Below, in pieces: positions 6,905-14,811 of a stretch of DNA of 31,412 nucleotides. Location: IMG/VR virus record IMGVR_UViG_3300027683_000015, positions 1 through 31,412 of that record. The stretch is one strand, 5' to 3'. Position numbers and translations under genes: made by a program. The notes under the pieces are model-generated. The model saw only the letters and a program-made list of their open reading frames with translations. It was not told where the DNA came from and ran no database searches. This DNA is from a virus (lineage: Duplodnaviria; Caudoviricetes). Every line of letters begins with the position of its first letter. Positions within the stretch are counted from its first letter, which is position 1.

Positions 6905-8230
6905 ATTAAATTGTTCGATGGCGTCGAATAGGTCTTGCTGCTCCCGCCCCTTCTGCTCAAGAACCTTCAAGACCTTGGCATCCATTGTTTTCTCGCCGAT
7001 CAGGTAGTGGATCACCACCCGCGACTCCGCCTGACCTTGGCGATAGACCCTAGCGTTGGCTTGGTCGTGGAGGTACAAGTCCCATGGGGGGCAGATCCAG
7101 AGGATATTCGAGCACGCGCCTTGGAGGTTCAGCCCCACCCCGACTGTTCGCGGGTGGCCGATCAATACTGGGATTGTGCCCTCATTAAAGGCGTTGATAA
7201 GAGCGTCCGGGGTCTTAGTCCGCGTTAAGTTGGGAACGCCCCCTAGCGCCTCTTGTAGCCGCTCCTCATCGTGGTTAAACTCGTAAAAGATTAGAAGCGG
7301 CGACCCGTTCAAGTCCTCCACAATCCCCTTCACCGCGTTGATCTTCTCATAGTGGATATGCTCCACCCCAGACTCGGTGTACAGTCCCCCATTCGATATC
7401 TGCCTACAACGCCCCCCAGCCACCGCGGCATTAGGTGAGCTAACTTTGTCCCCACTAGCAAGGATTGCCAGGAACTCCTTTTCCATGGCTTTGTACACTT
7501 TGAACGCTGCCGGGGGGAGGGGGATGGTAATGGGGTTTATGATCAGATCCGGCATGTCGATGTTATCCCTAGCCGACATGCGGAGTACCAGCTTGGCTAT
7601 CCGACGGTACAGGATGTCCTTATATTGGGGGATGACCTTGTAACTATACCCTGATCTATCGGGCATACAGAACTCGTTGCGGAAGTGAGTAATGAAGTGA
7701 CCGAGCGAAGCCCCCTGGTCAAGTATGTAGATCTGACTCCATATGTCCTCCAACCCGTTCGGCGATGGCGTGCCTGTTAGAATCCACCTATATGAGAATT
7801 CACCAAGCCCCTTCTTGAGCGCCTTGAACCGTTGGCTAGCAGGGTTCTTCCACTCCGCTGACTCATCGATCAAAATCAGGTCATAGCCTGAGGTGAATAA
7901 CTTTCTGTTCTTGAGGAGGGGAAGGGCTGATTCCGGGTTGATACCGTTGATGAGGGCATCCCCCAGCTGGCGGGTCTGATGCATGTTGTAGTAGGTCATC
8001 CCCTCGAAGTCATCCCACTTCTTGATCTCATTAGGCCATACCGTGTACAGCGCCCGGATGGGGGCGATGAGGAGCACCTTCTTGATGTACCCCGCCTCGG
8101 CCAACATCTTAATGGCGAACAGGCTAACCGAAGTCTTGCCAAGGCCCATGTCCAAGAACAACCCGGCGTACCTATTCTTCAACAGGAACTCTATGGCCTC
8201 CAATTGGTACTTATGAGGGGTGTAGCGCAT
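6869..8230 (-). CDS. SNF2-family helicase
   Basis: FLDMGLGKT, ILIDES, LTGTPSPN, GVGLNLQ, QANARVYRQGQ. Confidence 0.93.
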   Translation of the reverse strand: MRYTPHKYQLEAIEFLLKNRYAGLFLDMGLGKTSVSLFAIKMLAEAGYIKKVLLIAPIRALYTVWPNEIKKWDDFEGMTYYNMHQTRQLGDALINGINPESALPLLKNRKLFTSGYDLILIDESAEWKNPASQRFKALKKGLGEFSYRWILTGTPSPNGLEDIWSQIYILDQGASLGHFITHFRNEFCMPDRSGYSYKVIPQYKDILYRRIAKLVLRMSARDNIDMPDLIINPITIPLPPAAFKVYKAMEKEFLAILASGDKVSSPNAAVAGGRCRQISNGGLYTESGVEHIHYEKINAVKGIVEDLNGSPLLIFYEFNHDEERLQEALGGVPNLTRTKTPDALINAFNEGTIPVLIGHPRTVGVGLNLQGACSNILWICPPWDLYLHDQANARVYRQGQAESRVVIHYLIGEKTMDAKVLKVLEQKGREQQDLFDAIEQFNKNVPSQDKFPV

Positions 8231-8525
8231 TTTGCTCCTCCTTGAATCTCCAGATTATGTAGCGGGCGTCGATCAGGTTGTCACATACAAAGATGCGGAT
8301 ATTATGCCGCCGTAGCTGGTCATGAATCTCGAGTTGTATGGCTCGGGGCTTTTCCTTGGCTGCTTTGTATTCTATGAATATGACCCCTCCTCGGTACACA
8401 TACAACCTATCAGGCCAGCCTACTTGTCCCTTGACGTTAAGCTTCAAGGTCATCATTCCCAGCTCTTTGGCGTAGTCTGATGCCTTGGTCTCTATGCGGC
8501 TCTCAAGCTCAGAAGTCCCAAGCAC
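8211..8525 (-). CDS. VRR-NUC nuclease
   Basis: ES.IE...GWPDRL...VIFIEYKA..KPRAIQ; the GTG start at 8525 is inferred. Confidence 0.85.
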   Translation of the reverse strand: MLGTSELESRIETKASDYAKELGMMTLKLNVKGQVGWPDRLYVYRGGVIFIEYKAAKEKPRAIQLEIHDQLRRHNIRIFVCDNLIDARYIIWRFKEEQNALHPS

Positions 8526-9174
8526 ACTCGCCACCCTTGGAGGCTTTGTAGGGGCACCACTTACACGCGCTGTTCGACGGCGTGGCCGGGAATTCTGTGG
8601 CGGCATACAGCTTGTCCCACCGCTCCTTCCACGCTGTACGGATGAATGCCTCCAACCCCTTGGGGTAGGATGTTGGGGAAGCCTCTCCCTCAAGATAGAG
8701 GGGCGCTACAACCACTTCCTTGACCTCGGGGTAGCGCGAGAAGCCCAGAAGGGCATATACCTCCAGCTGCTCATAGTGGGAGGGGCTGGGCCGACCCGTC
8801 TTGAGATCACGGATGTGGAGGATGTCGCCTTCGATCCAGTGGATGTCCACGATGGCCTTGAAGGTCGTCTCGGGAGACTCCTCAAGTTGGAACTCCCACG
8901 TATCATCGCGGATGAGCCAAATCTCCTCAGCCCCGGCGCCAAGCTCCTTAGCCCGCTCCAGGATGGGTCTGATCTTCATGAAGTCTACAGTTAGCGACGT
9001 GGCTGGAATCTCCCCCTTCAGGAAGCGTTCGCAACCGGTGTGGAGGCGAGTTCCACGTGCCGCGGCAGCCCCAGAGGGGTATTTGATGTCATCGATGTAG
9101 GACAGCTTGTACTTGTAGGGGCACTCCTCATACTTGGAGAGTGCGGAATAGCTCGTGCGGGGGATGTTATACAT
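8509..9174 (-). CDS. Cas4-like PD-(D/E)XK exonuclease
   Basis: SYSALSKYEECP, RGTRLH, IVD...IRDLKTG, QLEVYAL, C-terminal CKWCPY...C (Fe-S cysteines). Confidence 0.88.
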   Translation of the reverse strand: MYNIPRTSYSALSKYEECPYKYKLSYIDDIKYPSGAAAARGTRLHTGCERFLKGEIPATSLTVDFMKIRPILERAKELGAGAEEIWLIRDDTWEFQLEESPETTFKAIVDIHWIEGDILHIRDLKTGRPSPSHYEQLEVYALLGFSRYPEVKEVVVAPLYLEGEASPTSYPKGLEAFIRTAWKERWDKLYAATEFPATPSNSACKWCPYKASKGGECAWDF

Positions 9175-10990
9175 GGTCTTCCATTTCATACCAGTTGGGG
9201 CCGACTTCGACCGTTGCGCGCATGGGAATATCAAACTTCCCAGCCTCCATAGCAGCCTTCAGGATGGCTACCTCCTCATCTAAGTGCTCCTTGGACACTG
9301 AAATACAGATCTCATCATGGACGGTGGCGAGGAAGCGCCCATACTTTTTGGTCTTGTTGTAGTCTATGATCGCCTGCTTCGTCTGATCGGCAGAGCTACC
9401 TTGGATCAAGTAGTTGAGCAGTACGTAGTCCTTGTTCCAAATCCTACCAGTCCGGCTCATTTCCGGTGGGGGAGCATATAGCAGGCGACCGCCCCACGAG
9501 CGCACCGGCTCTTTCTGTGAGGCACGGAACTCGACTTGGTCCATGAACTCCTGCACCCCTGTAAGTGCCCTCATATATGAGGAGCGGATACGGGCAGCTT
9601 CTGAGGTGGACACCCCCATCCGCTCCGCCATCGTCTTGACCCCCGCCCCGTACAGGATCGAGAATGCAACGATCTTGGTATGCTTACGCTTCAGCGACAG
9701 CCCGGTGTTGTCCGATATGATGTCAGCCGCTACCTGATGGATGTCCGCCGCAGGGTCGTTGTCGTACACGTACTTGATTCCACCCTCCGCGAAGTGGCCA
9801 AGCATACGAATCTCTTGGGAATGGAAGTCAGCCGACACGAACTCCTCCCCCTCATCCGGCAACACGTACCGGCGCATATGGGGTAGCTCAGGCAGCCCCT
9901 CGGGTGCCTTGATACTGAACTCAAGGGGGATATTCTGGAAGTTCGGGTTGGACGACGAGAGCCGCCCGGTCAGCGCCCCATTCTGATCCCCCTTGACCTG
10001 ATTCCACGCCGGGTGGAGGATGCCGCCGGTAAGTAGTCCCTTCTCATACCAGGGTCGCATGAAGGTGCCGAGGAGCGTCTTGAGCGCCCCACGATAGGCC
10101 AGGAGGTGGAACAGCTCGGGGTCAGTTATGACCTGCTCCAGTACATCCCGAGAAGTGCTCAGCCGGCCTGTGGGGGTCTTGGGCCACTCGTCCTCATCGA
10201 CCGTCATATCAGCCGCCTGCGCCGCCTGGGCTAGCTGCACACCGGAGTCAATGTTAAAGCTGGACAACTCATCCTGTCCCAGGAGGTCATAGGCGCGGCT
10301 GGTCACTTCGGCATAGGCCCGCTCATACAGGTCTATGTCGGCCTTGAGGGAGGTCATGTCTATGTGCAGGCCGTCTCTCTCGCTAATGGAGAGGATGGGG
10401 GCCAGCTCCCGCTCGCGGTTGTACGGCTCCAGCATCTCCTGCTCCACGATCTTGGGGTACAGGAGGTCATAGAGCATCTTCGTGCGTAGCGTATCGCCCC
10501 CAGCGTATGTGCCTACCAGCTCCCCCGGAGCGTCAGCGATATGGGCGCCCCACTTCTTCGTGTTGGACGGCACGATCCCAGCGTTGATAAGCCAGTCCCT
10601 CACCGCGGTCTGCTCGTCTGGGGGGAGATTAAGCAGCCGGTCAGCGCTGGGCTTCAAACCCAGAGGAGACAGCGGGTCATTGAGGAACAGGAGGTACATC
10701 GTGTCGTGGATACGGAACGGGTCGCCCCACTCGCTCGTGACCTCTGGGAAGAACCTCATCAGCACCGCCATGTCGAAGCGGGCGTTCTGACACAGAAGCT
10801 CATGGTCAGAGTTCCACATCCACTGGAGGAGGATGCTCGCAGTCTCCTTGGTACAGTTGTTTCCCGTAGGATGGCCCCAGGCGAGGTAGCAGGCCGGGAG
10901 GTCATCGAGCTGGATCGCAACCCCCACCGGCTCAGGTGGGAAGTTGGGATACGGCTCAATGGCCTTGGTCTCGAAGTCAAAGGTGATCAT
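9167..10990 (-). CDS. Family A DNA polymerase with 3'-5' exonuclease
   Basis: Exo DFETK / NARFD / YAGGD; TGRLSSSNPNFQNIP; motif A DFHSQEIR; motif B RKHTKIVAFSILYG; motif C VHDEI. Confidence 0.95.
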   Translation of the reverse strand: MITFDFETKAIEPYPNFPPEPVGVAIQLDDLPACYLAWGHPTGNNCTKETASILLQWMWNSDHELLCQNARFDMAVLMRFFPEVTSEWGDPFRIHDTMYLLFLNDPLSPLGLKPSADRLLNLPPDEQTAVRDWLINAGIVPSNTKKWGAHIADAPGELVGTYAGGDTLRTKMLYDLLYPKIVEQEMLEPYNRERELAPILSISERDGLHIDMTSLKADIDLYERAYAEVTSRAYDLLGQDELSSFNIDSGVQLAQAAQAADMTVDEDEWPKTPTGRLSTSRDVLEQVITDPELFHLLAYRGALKTLLGTFMRPWYEKGLLTGGILHPAWNQVKGDQNGALTGRLSSSNPNFQNIPLEFSIKAPEGLPELPHMRRYVLPDEGEEFVSADFHSQEIRMLGHFAEGGIKYVYDNDPAADIHQVAADIISDNTGLSLKRKHTKIVAFSILYGAGVKTMAERMGVSTSEAARIRSSYMRALTGVQEFMDQVEFRASQKEPVRSWGGRLLYAPPPEMSRTGRIWNKDYVLLNYLIQGSSADQTKQAIIDYNKTKKYGRFLATVHDEICISVSKEHLDEEVAILKAAMEAGKFDIPMRATVEVGPNWYEMEDHV

Positions 10991-11433
10991 TTTCCTGCGT
11001 CGGGATGAGAGAGAAGCTTGATGCCGGAATCGAACAAGTTCTTCATGGCGGCTTGTCTTGCTTCCATACGTGCAATCAAGTCAGAGTTCGCCTTAAGCTG
11101 CTGCACAATCTCCTCGTTGTCGATTTCAAGGGACTCAGCCTTCGCTTTGAAAGTGTTACGCTCAGTAACCACAACCGGCTCCTTCCACTTCCACCTGCGC
11201 TCCTCGATCTTCCACGTTTTCTCCAGCTCATCATATTGGGGAGCTTCGCTGTTTGCATCATAGCGAAGGGCTTGACGAATTCTCATGAGGTTGTAGGCTT
11301 TTCCAAACTTCTGAAAAAGTCCTTCCTGAAGCCCCTCAAGGGAAAAGTGCTCATCGCACCTTTCCTTCAAGAAGATGCTGAGGCGGGTGCGAATATTGTT
11401 ACGGTAGGTAAGGGTATCATGCTTCGGCTTCAT
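10987..11433 (-). CDS. Hypothetical protein (possible wHTH plus coiled coil)
   Basis: ATGA-coupled 148-aa ORF with AAGGAG SD; AT-richer than its neighbours. Confidence 0.65.
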   Translation of the reverse strand: MKPKHDTLTYRNNIRTRLSIFLKERCDEHFSLEGLQEGLFQKFGKAYNLMRIRQALRYDANSEAPQYDELEKTWKIEERRWKWKEPVVVTERNTFKAKAESLEIDNEEIVQQLKANSDLIARMEARQAAMKNLFDSGIKLLSHPDAGK

Positions 11434-12188
11434 TTTGAAAGCTCCTTAATGGTGGTAAATGCAAGGTTAATTTGAGCAAGAAGCTCGGTGTCCGTCCGAA
11501 GTTTCGGTTGGTCGGAATGGTACAGCGATGCGAACATCGCCTTTGCTGCTTTCTGTCCAGCCTCGTTATGGCTGTACATAAGAATTCTGAACTGCTCTAT
11601 GAGGAACTCTTCTGGCCGACGTTTGGGATCTGATCCTATTGCGGGAAGCTCATACTTGGGCTTTACTTCCGGTTCCGGCTCTGGGTCAGGGAACCGCTCC
11701 TTGTCCTCAATCTCTGCTGCTCTCCAATCAGCTATTAACCGCTCTCTGGCTTCCCACGCCTCGTTTTTTAAGCGCCTGTCCTCAGCTTTAGCAGCCGCCC
11801 ACTCTTCAACAGTGTCGAACCCGGCCTTGACCGCTAGGATGTCATCCCTTCTTACCTGCTCCCCAAACTCCTCAACTACATACTCGAAGTCATCATCTGG
11901 AAGGGTGGTGAGTAGGTATAGGCTGTATTGTGCCTTGGGAAGCGAGTTACTAGCGCGGCTAGTAACTCGTTTGTCAGCACCTACGGAAATCATGTTCGAT
12001 ACGGATTGTTGAGACAGTCCGTATCGGTCAGCAATGGATTGTTGGGTGATGTATTCTGGATCGCGCTGATTAACCCCCTCGTTCTTACACAGGAATACCA
12101 TTTCCTTTGCTGCCTCAACAGTAAAGGTGCCGAACAAGGTATCTAGCTTGTCCCATCTGGACTTACTTGTAGTTACAGCGCTCATCAT
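11430..12188 (-). CDS. HTH-containing hypothetical protein with J-domain-like C-terminus
   Basis: HTH TQQSIADRYGLSQQSVSNMI; LP....LY.LT.LP segment; C-terminal LYHSD...LLAQINLAF. Confidence 0.65.
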   Translation of the reverse strand: MMSAVTTSKSRWDKLDTLFGTFTVEAAKEMVFLCKNEGVNQRDPEYITQQSIADRYGLSQQSVSNMISVGADKRVTSRASNSLPKAQYSLYLLTTLPDDDFEYVVEEFGEQVRRDDILAVKAGFDTVEEWAAAKAEDRRLKNEAWEARERLIADWRAAEIEDKERFPDPEPEPEVKPKYELPAIGSDPKRRPEEFLIEQFRILMYSHNEAGQKAAKAMFASLYHSDQPKLRTDTELLAQINLAFTTIKELSK

Positions 12189-12216
12189 TTCTGCCTATGT
12201 ATAGTCGTAGGATCGC

Positions 12217-12251
12217 TCGGGAGGGGCGGGCCTAGGCCGTACCCCTCCCGA
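12217..12251. other. GC-rich intergenic hairpin
   Basis: TCGGGAGGGG (12217-12226) pairs with CCCCTCCCGA (12242-12251) around a CCTAGG core; no U-tract. Confidence 0.55.
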
Positions 12252-12256
12252 CCTTG

Positions 12257-13006
12257 TTAGAACTTCTTAGCGCCCTTCGCAGGGGCCGCAGCGGGCGATT
12301 CGGCGGGGGAATTTACCCCGTTGTCGAAGAGAAGTTCGGTCTCCATCCGCTCAGCCAGGGGCATGACCTGCTCCAGCCAGTGATCATCGAGCAGCTGCAC
12401 GAACTTGAAGTTCACCTTGAACTGGCTCTTCATGTCAGGCACGGTGGACATCTCGGTGATCACCCCGAACGGCGGACGCTTCACAACGTTGCCGATCTGT
12501 TGGACGTACTTGTTCCAGTTCGCCACAGACGTCACCGGAATGCGGGCGAACAGGAAGTCAGCGTTCTCCAGCTCACTCGGGTCGTTGGGGAGGAGAACCA
12601 TGCCGAGGCGGATGGTGTTCTTGCATGCCTTGCCCTTCCCGCCCTTGGGGTCGCTCTCCCACTCGTTCTTGGGGCAGCTGGCACAGCCTGCCGCATTGAC
12701 GATCTGGGTCACCTTGCCCAGTACAGGGCCCATGGTGGCCTCGTCATAGCCCACGGCCCAGCAGTCGGCCGACACGACCTTGTTGGGGTCATAAGCCCCA
12801 GGGAACCACTGGTTCTCGTGAGCGAACCCGAGCACGATGGCGTTGATCTTGTTACCAGGGGCGGCTTGGCCGTTGAAGGCCAGAACGCCGGACTTGAACG
12901 AGATCAGCTTGGCATCGGCCTTGGTCTGGTCCAGCGCCTTCTTTGCAGCAGCCTCCATCATTGCTTTGAAGTCGATGGGGGTAGCGATGTTGGTATTCTC
13001 TTGCAT
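12257..13006 (-). CDS. Putative ssDNA-binding/annealing protein with Cys cluster
   Basis: Position between PolA and the Gp157-like gene; C...CASCPKNEW.S..G.GKACKN motif; low-complexity tail; strongly biased codon use. Confidence 0.6.
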   Translation of the reverse strand: MQENTNIATPIDFKAMMEAAAKKALDQTKADAKLISFKSGVLAFNGQAAPGNKINAIVLGFAHENQWFPGAYDPNKVVSADCWAVGYDEATMGPVLGKVTQIVNAAGCASCPKNEWESDPKGGKGKACKNTIRLGMVLLPNDPSELENADFLFARIPVTSVANWNKYVQQIGNVVKRPPFGVITEMSTVPDMKSQFKVNFKFVQLLDDHWLEQVMPLAERMETELLFDNGVNSPAESPAAAPAKGAKKF

Positions 13007-13046
13007 GATATTGGTCCTTAGTTAGTTAGAGGATTACGCTTTGCCT

Positions 13047-13069
13047 CAACCCCCCTTCGGGGGGGGCTG
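13047..13069 (-). other. Intergenic hairpin
   Basis: Minus-strand CAGCCCCCC-CCGAA-GGGGGGTTG stem-loop between two genes. Confidence 0.5.
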
Positions 13070-13076
13070 GCAAGGA

Positions 13077-13448
13077 CTACGCTTTGCCCAGGGTGCCCTT
13101 CAGCTCCATGACGCGGGCCACGCCAGGAACTTCGTTGCCCTCCTGCCACCGCTCACGCACCCCAGTAAGGGACACGCGGCGCTGGAGGAGGTCAAATGAT
13201 CCAGTCTCCTTGATGTACTGGTACAGATCGGGGTAGCTGGTCACCTCAGCGGTCTCAACCGGCTTGATCGAGATTTTCCCCAGCTCGCCTTGGACCAGGT
13301 CCATGTCGCCGTTCTCCATCTCAGTGATGTAGGCGGCAAGACGTCCATCCTCCTCAGCCTTCATCTTGTCCACATCCTTCTGGAGGGCAATCCGCTCTTG
13401 GCGGAGAAGGAACAGTTGGTCGATGCGATACGAAAGAGAGTCAGTCAT
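13077..13448 (-). CDS. Gp157/Gam-like phage protein
   Basis: N-terminal coiled coil, then V.SY..LY.YI.E.GSFDLLQRRVS...VRE....G.EVPGV. Confidence 0.65.
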   Translation of the reverse strand: MTDSLSYRIDQLFLLRQERIALQKDVDKMKAEEDGRLAAYITEMENGDMDLVQGELGKISIKPVETAEVTSYPDLYQYIKETGSFDLLQRRVSLTGVRERWQEGNEVPGVARVMELKGTLGKA

Positions 13449-13449
13449 G

Positions 13450-13755
13450 CTATTCCCCATATTTCTGATAGATGTCGTCAATGGCAGCGAGGAGCAGCTT
13501 GTAGTTTGTATTCTCCTTTTGAGAGATCAGGAACAGATCGTGGGGGAAGTCCCTGTCCTCGGGGTACATCGCATTCTCCAGGAGCATCTTCCACTTGATG
13601 GGGAAGTCCCTGAGCGGGACTGAGTTCATCTTGAGCATGTAAAGGCATGCATTCAGTCGCCCATAGTCGTTGGCGGTCGGCTTGTCAACATCGATGCCGA
13701 GTTCCTTAATCATCCAGATGGATTGTTCGATGAGGGAAGGGGGAAGGGTGGTCAT
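13450..13755 (-). CDS. Hypothetical protein
   Basis: AGGAG SD and ATGA overlap; 101 aa. Confidence 0.65.
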   Translation of the reverse strand: MTTLPPSLIEQSIWMIKELGIDVDKPTANDYGRLNACLYMLKMNSVPLRDFPIKWKMLLENAMYPEDRDFPHDLFLISQKENTNYKLLLAAIDDIYQKYGE

Positions 13756-13979
13756 GCGATTCTCCTGTTAATTAGGATCATACCGGTGATGGGGAGGATG
13801 TGATGATCCTCGGTGACGGCTTGCCACATGTAGCCGGCGGCGATAAAGGTGGGGGCGTCCAGCGGGTGGGAAGGAAGGCGACCGTACAGAGCGTCATCCT
13901 GCCACTCGGGCTGGAGGGAGGTCGTCATAGGTGACGCCACTCCGGTGGTAGAGAGGGTGGGGCAGTTACAGTGGTACAT
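13752..13979 (-). CDS. Hypothetical protein, first gene of the leftward arm
   Basis: GAGGAG 7 nt before ATG at 13979 (MYHCNCP...), just downstream of the class A promoter. Confidence 0.55.
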   Translation of the reverse strand: MYHCNCPTLSTTGVASPMTTSLQPEWQDDALYGRLPSHPLDAPTFIAAGYMWQAVTEDHHILPITGMILINRRIA

Positions 13980-14021
13980 CGTCAGCTCCTCAGTTAGTCT
14001 AGCACTCACGCTAGGGAAACT

Positions 14022-14060
14022 CTATTATACCGGAGAATTACGATGAGGGGTAACAATCTT
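14022..14060 (-). promoter_or_regulatory. Class A promoter driving the replication arm
   Basis: AAGATTGTTACCCCTCATCGTAATTCTCCGGTATAATAG; second copy of the 6866-6904 motif. Confidence 0.75.
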
Positions 14061-14067
14061 CTACCAA

Positions 14068-14091
14068 ATTACGCGATCGCGTATACGTAAT
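14068..14091. promoter_or_regulatory. Candidate operator (nested palindromes)
   Basis: Perfect 14-bp palindrome TACGCGATCGCGTA (14070-14083) overlapping CGTATACG, inside ATTACG...CGTAAT, between divergent promoters. Confidence 0.45.
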
Positions 14092-14118
14092 ATGCGGACC
14101 TACACGAAATAAAGACGA

Positions 14119-14167
14119 GAAATGCCTTTACTTTCTAAAATGCGACGGTATAATTGAGTCATAGCTA
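14119..14167 (+). promoter_or_regulatory. Class B sigma70-like promoter
   Basis: GAAATGCC-TTTACT-N16-TATAAT-TGAGTCAT; first 16 nt identical to the minus-strand promoter at 18417-18466. Confidence 0.75.
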
Positions 14168-14200
14168 GGGTGGTCCTGGCTACAACTAAGGAGAATTACC

Positions 14201-14593
14201 ATGAAACTGCGTCTTACCAATGAAGCTGGTCTCAACGTTCTGCTCGTCGAACATGTCATGCGCAAGGTCGGCACCGACATCACTGTCACCATCGACGGCG
14301 TGGAAGGCCTGGCCCGTACCAACGAGAAGCGCAACCTGACCTATGTCACCATCGGCGAGACCGCCATGCGGGTGGCCGCGGTGCTGGAGGACGGCGGCGA
14401 ATACACCACCAAGGAGTGGGAGGCCAAGGCCAAGCCGGAACCGGAACTGGATGCCGATGGCAACCCGGTCGTCAAGGTCCGCAAGCCGCGTGTCGCCAAG
14501 GAGCCGGTTGTGGACGCCGAAGGCAACGTGGTCGAGCCGGTCAAGAAGGTCCGCAAGCCCAAGGCCGTCGTGGCAGAAGCCGAAGCAGCCTGA
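14201..14593 (+). CDS. Hypothetical protein with basic repeat tail (paralogue A)
   Basis: AAGGAG SD, own promoter and terminator, biased codons; two DA(D/E)GN.V...KVRKP repeats. Confidence 0.8.
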   Translation: MKLRLTNEAGLNVLLVEHVMRKVGTDITVTIDGVEGLARTNEKRNLTYVTIGETAMRVAAVLEDGGEYTTKEWEAKAKPEPELDADGNPVVKVRKPRVAKEPVVDAEGNVVEPVKKVRKPKAVVAEAEAA

Positions 14594-14610
14594 TCTACCT
14601 GGGTTCAGAG

Positions 14611-14646
14611 AATAGCCGCTACCCACAAGGTAGCGGCTATTTCTTT
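14611..14646 (+). terminator. Rho-independent terminator
   Basis: 13-bp stem AATAGCCGCTACC/GGTAGCGGCTATT followed by TCTTT. Confidence 0.8.
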
Positions 14647-14668
14647 GCCTATCGGAAAGGCGTATACT
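14640..14668 (+). promoter_or_regulatory. Putative primase promoter
   Basis: TTTCTT-N17-TATACT with the AGGCG-TAT element shared with the promoters at 18842-18880 and 24235-24263. Confidence 0.55.
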
Positions 14669-14683
14669 AGCCGTTCGGTAGGT

Positions 14684-14757
14684 AAAAAGAAGCCCCCCAC
14701 AGCGATCAGTCCATGGGGGGCATAGGCGTCAGGGGCAGAGTCCCGACTCATAACACA
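14684..14757 (-). ncRNA. Predicted ~74-nt counter-transcribed RNA antisense to the primase leader
   Basis: Minus-strand promoter at 14764-14792 and minus-strand terminator GCCCCCCA...TGGGGGGC-TTCTTTTT ending near 14684; no ORF with an SD. Confidence 0.6.
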
Positions 14758-14763
14758 GTCATA

Positions 14764-14792
14764 ATTCTACCCTGACTTTCTGTGGAAGTAAA
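14764..14792 (-). promoter_or_regulatory. Antisense promoter
   Basis: TTTACT (14792-14787)-N17-TAGAAT (14769-14764), the same -35 hexamer as the other class B promoters. Confidence 0.65.
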
Positions 14793-14811
14793 GTCAATCG
14801 AGGTATTTATT

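Noticed and set aside
8509-9174. CRISPR-associated Cas4
   Set aside because: No cas1/cas2 or array; this is the standard phage exonuclease position beside PolA, VRR-NUC and SNF2.
3999-10990. Z-genome (2-aminoadenine) system suggested by the HD hydrolase plus PolA
   Set aside because: No PurZ/adenylosuccinate-synthetase homologue in the window, and the neighbouring genes point to 5-hmdU chemistry.
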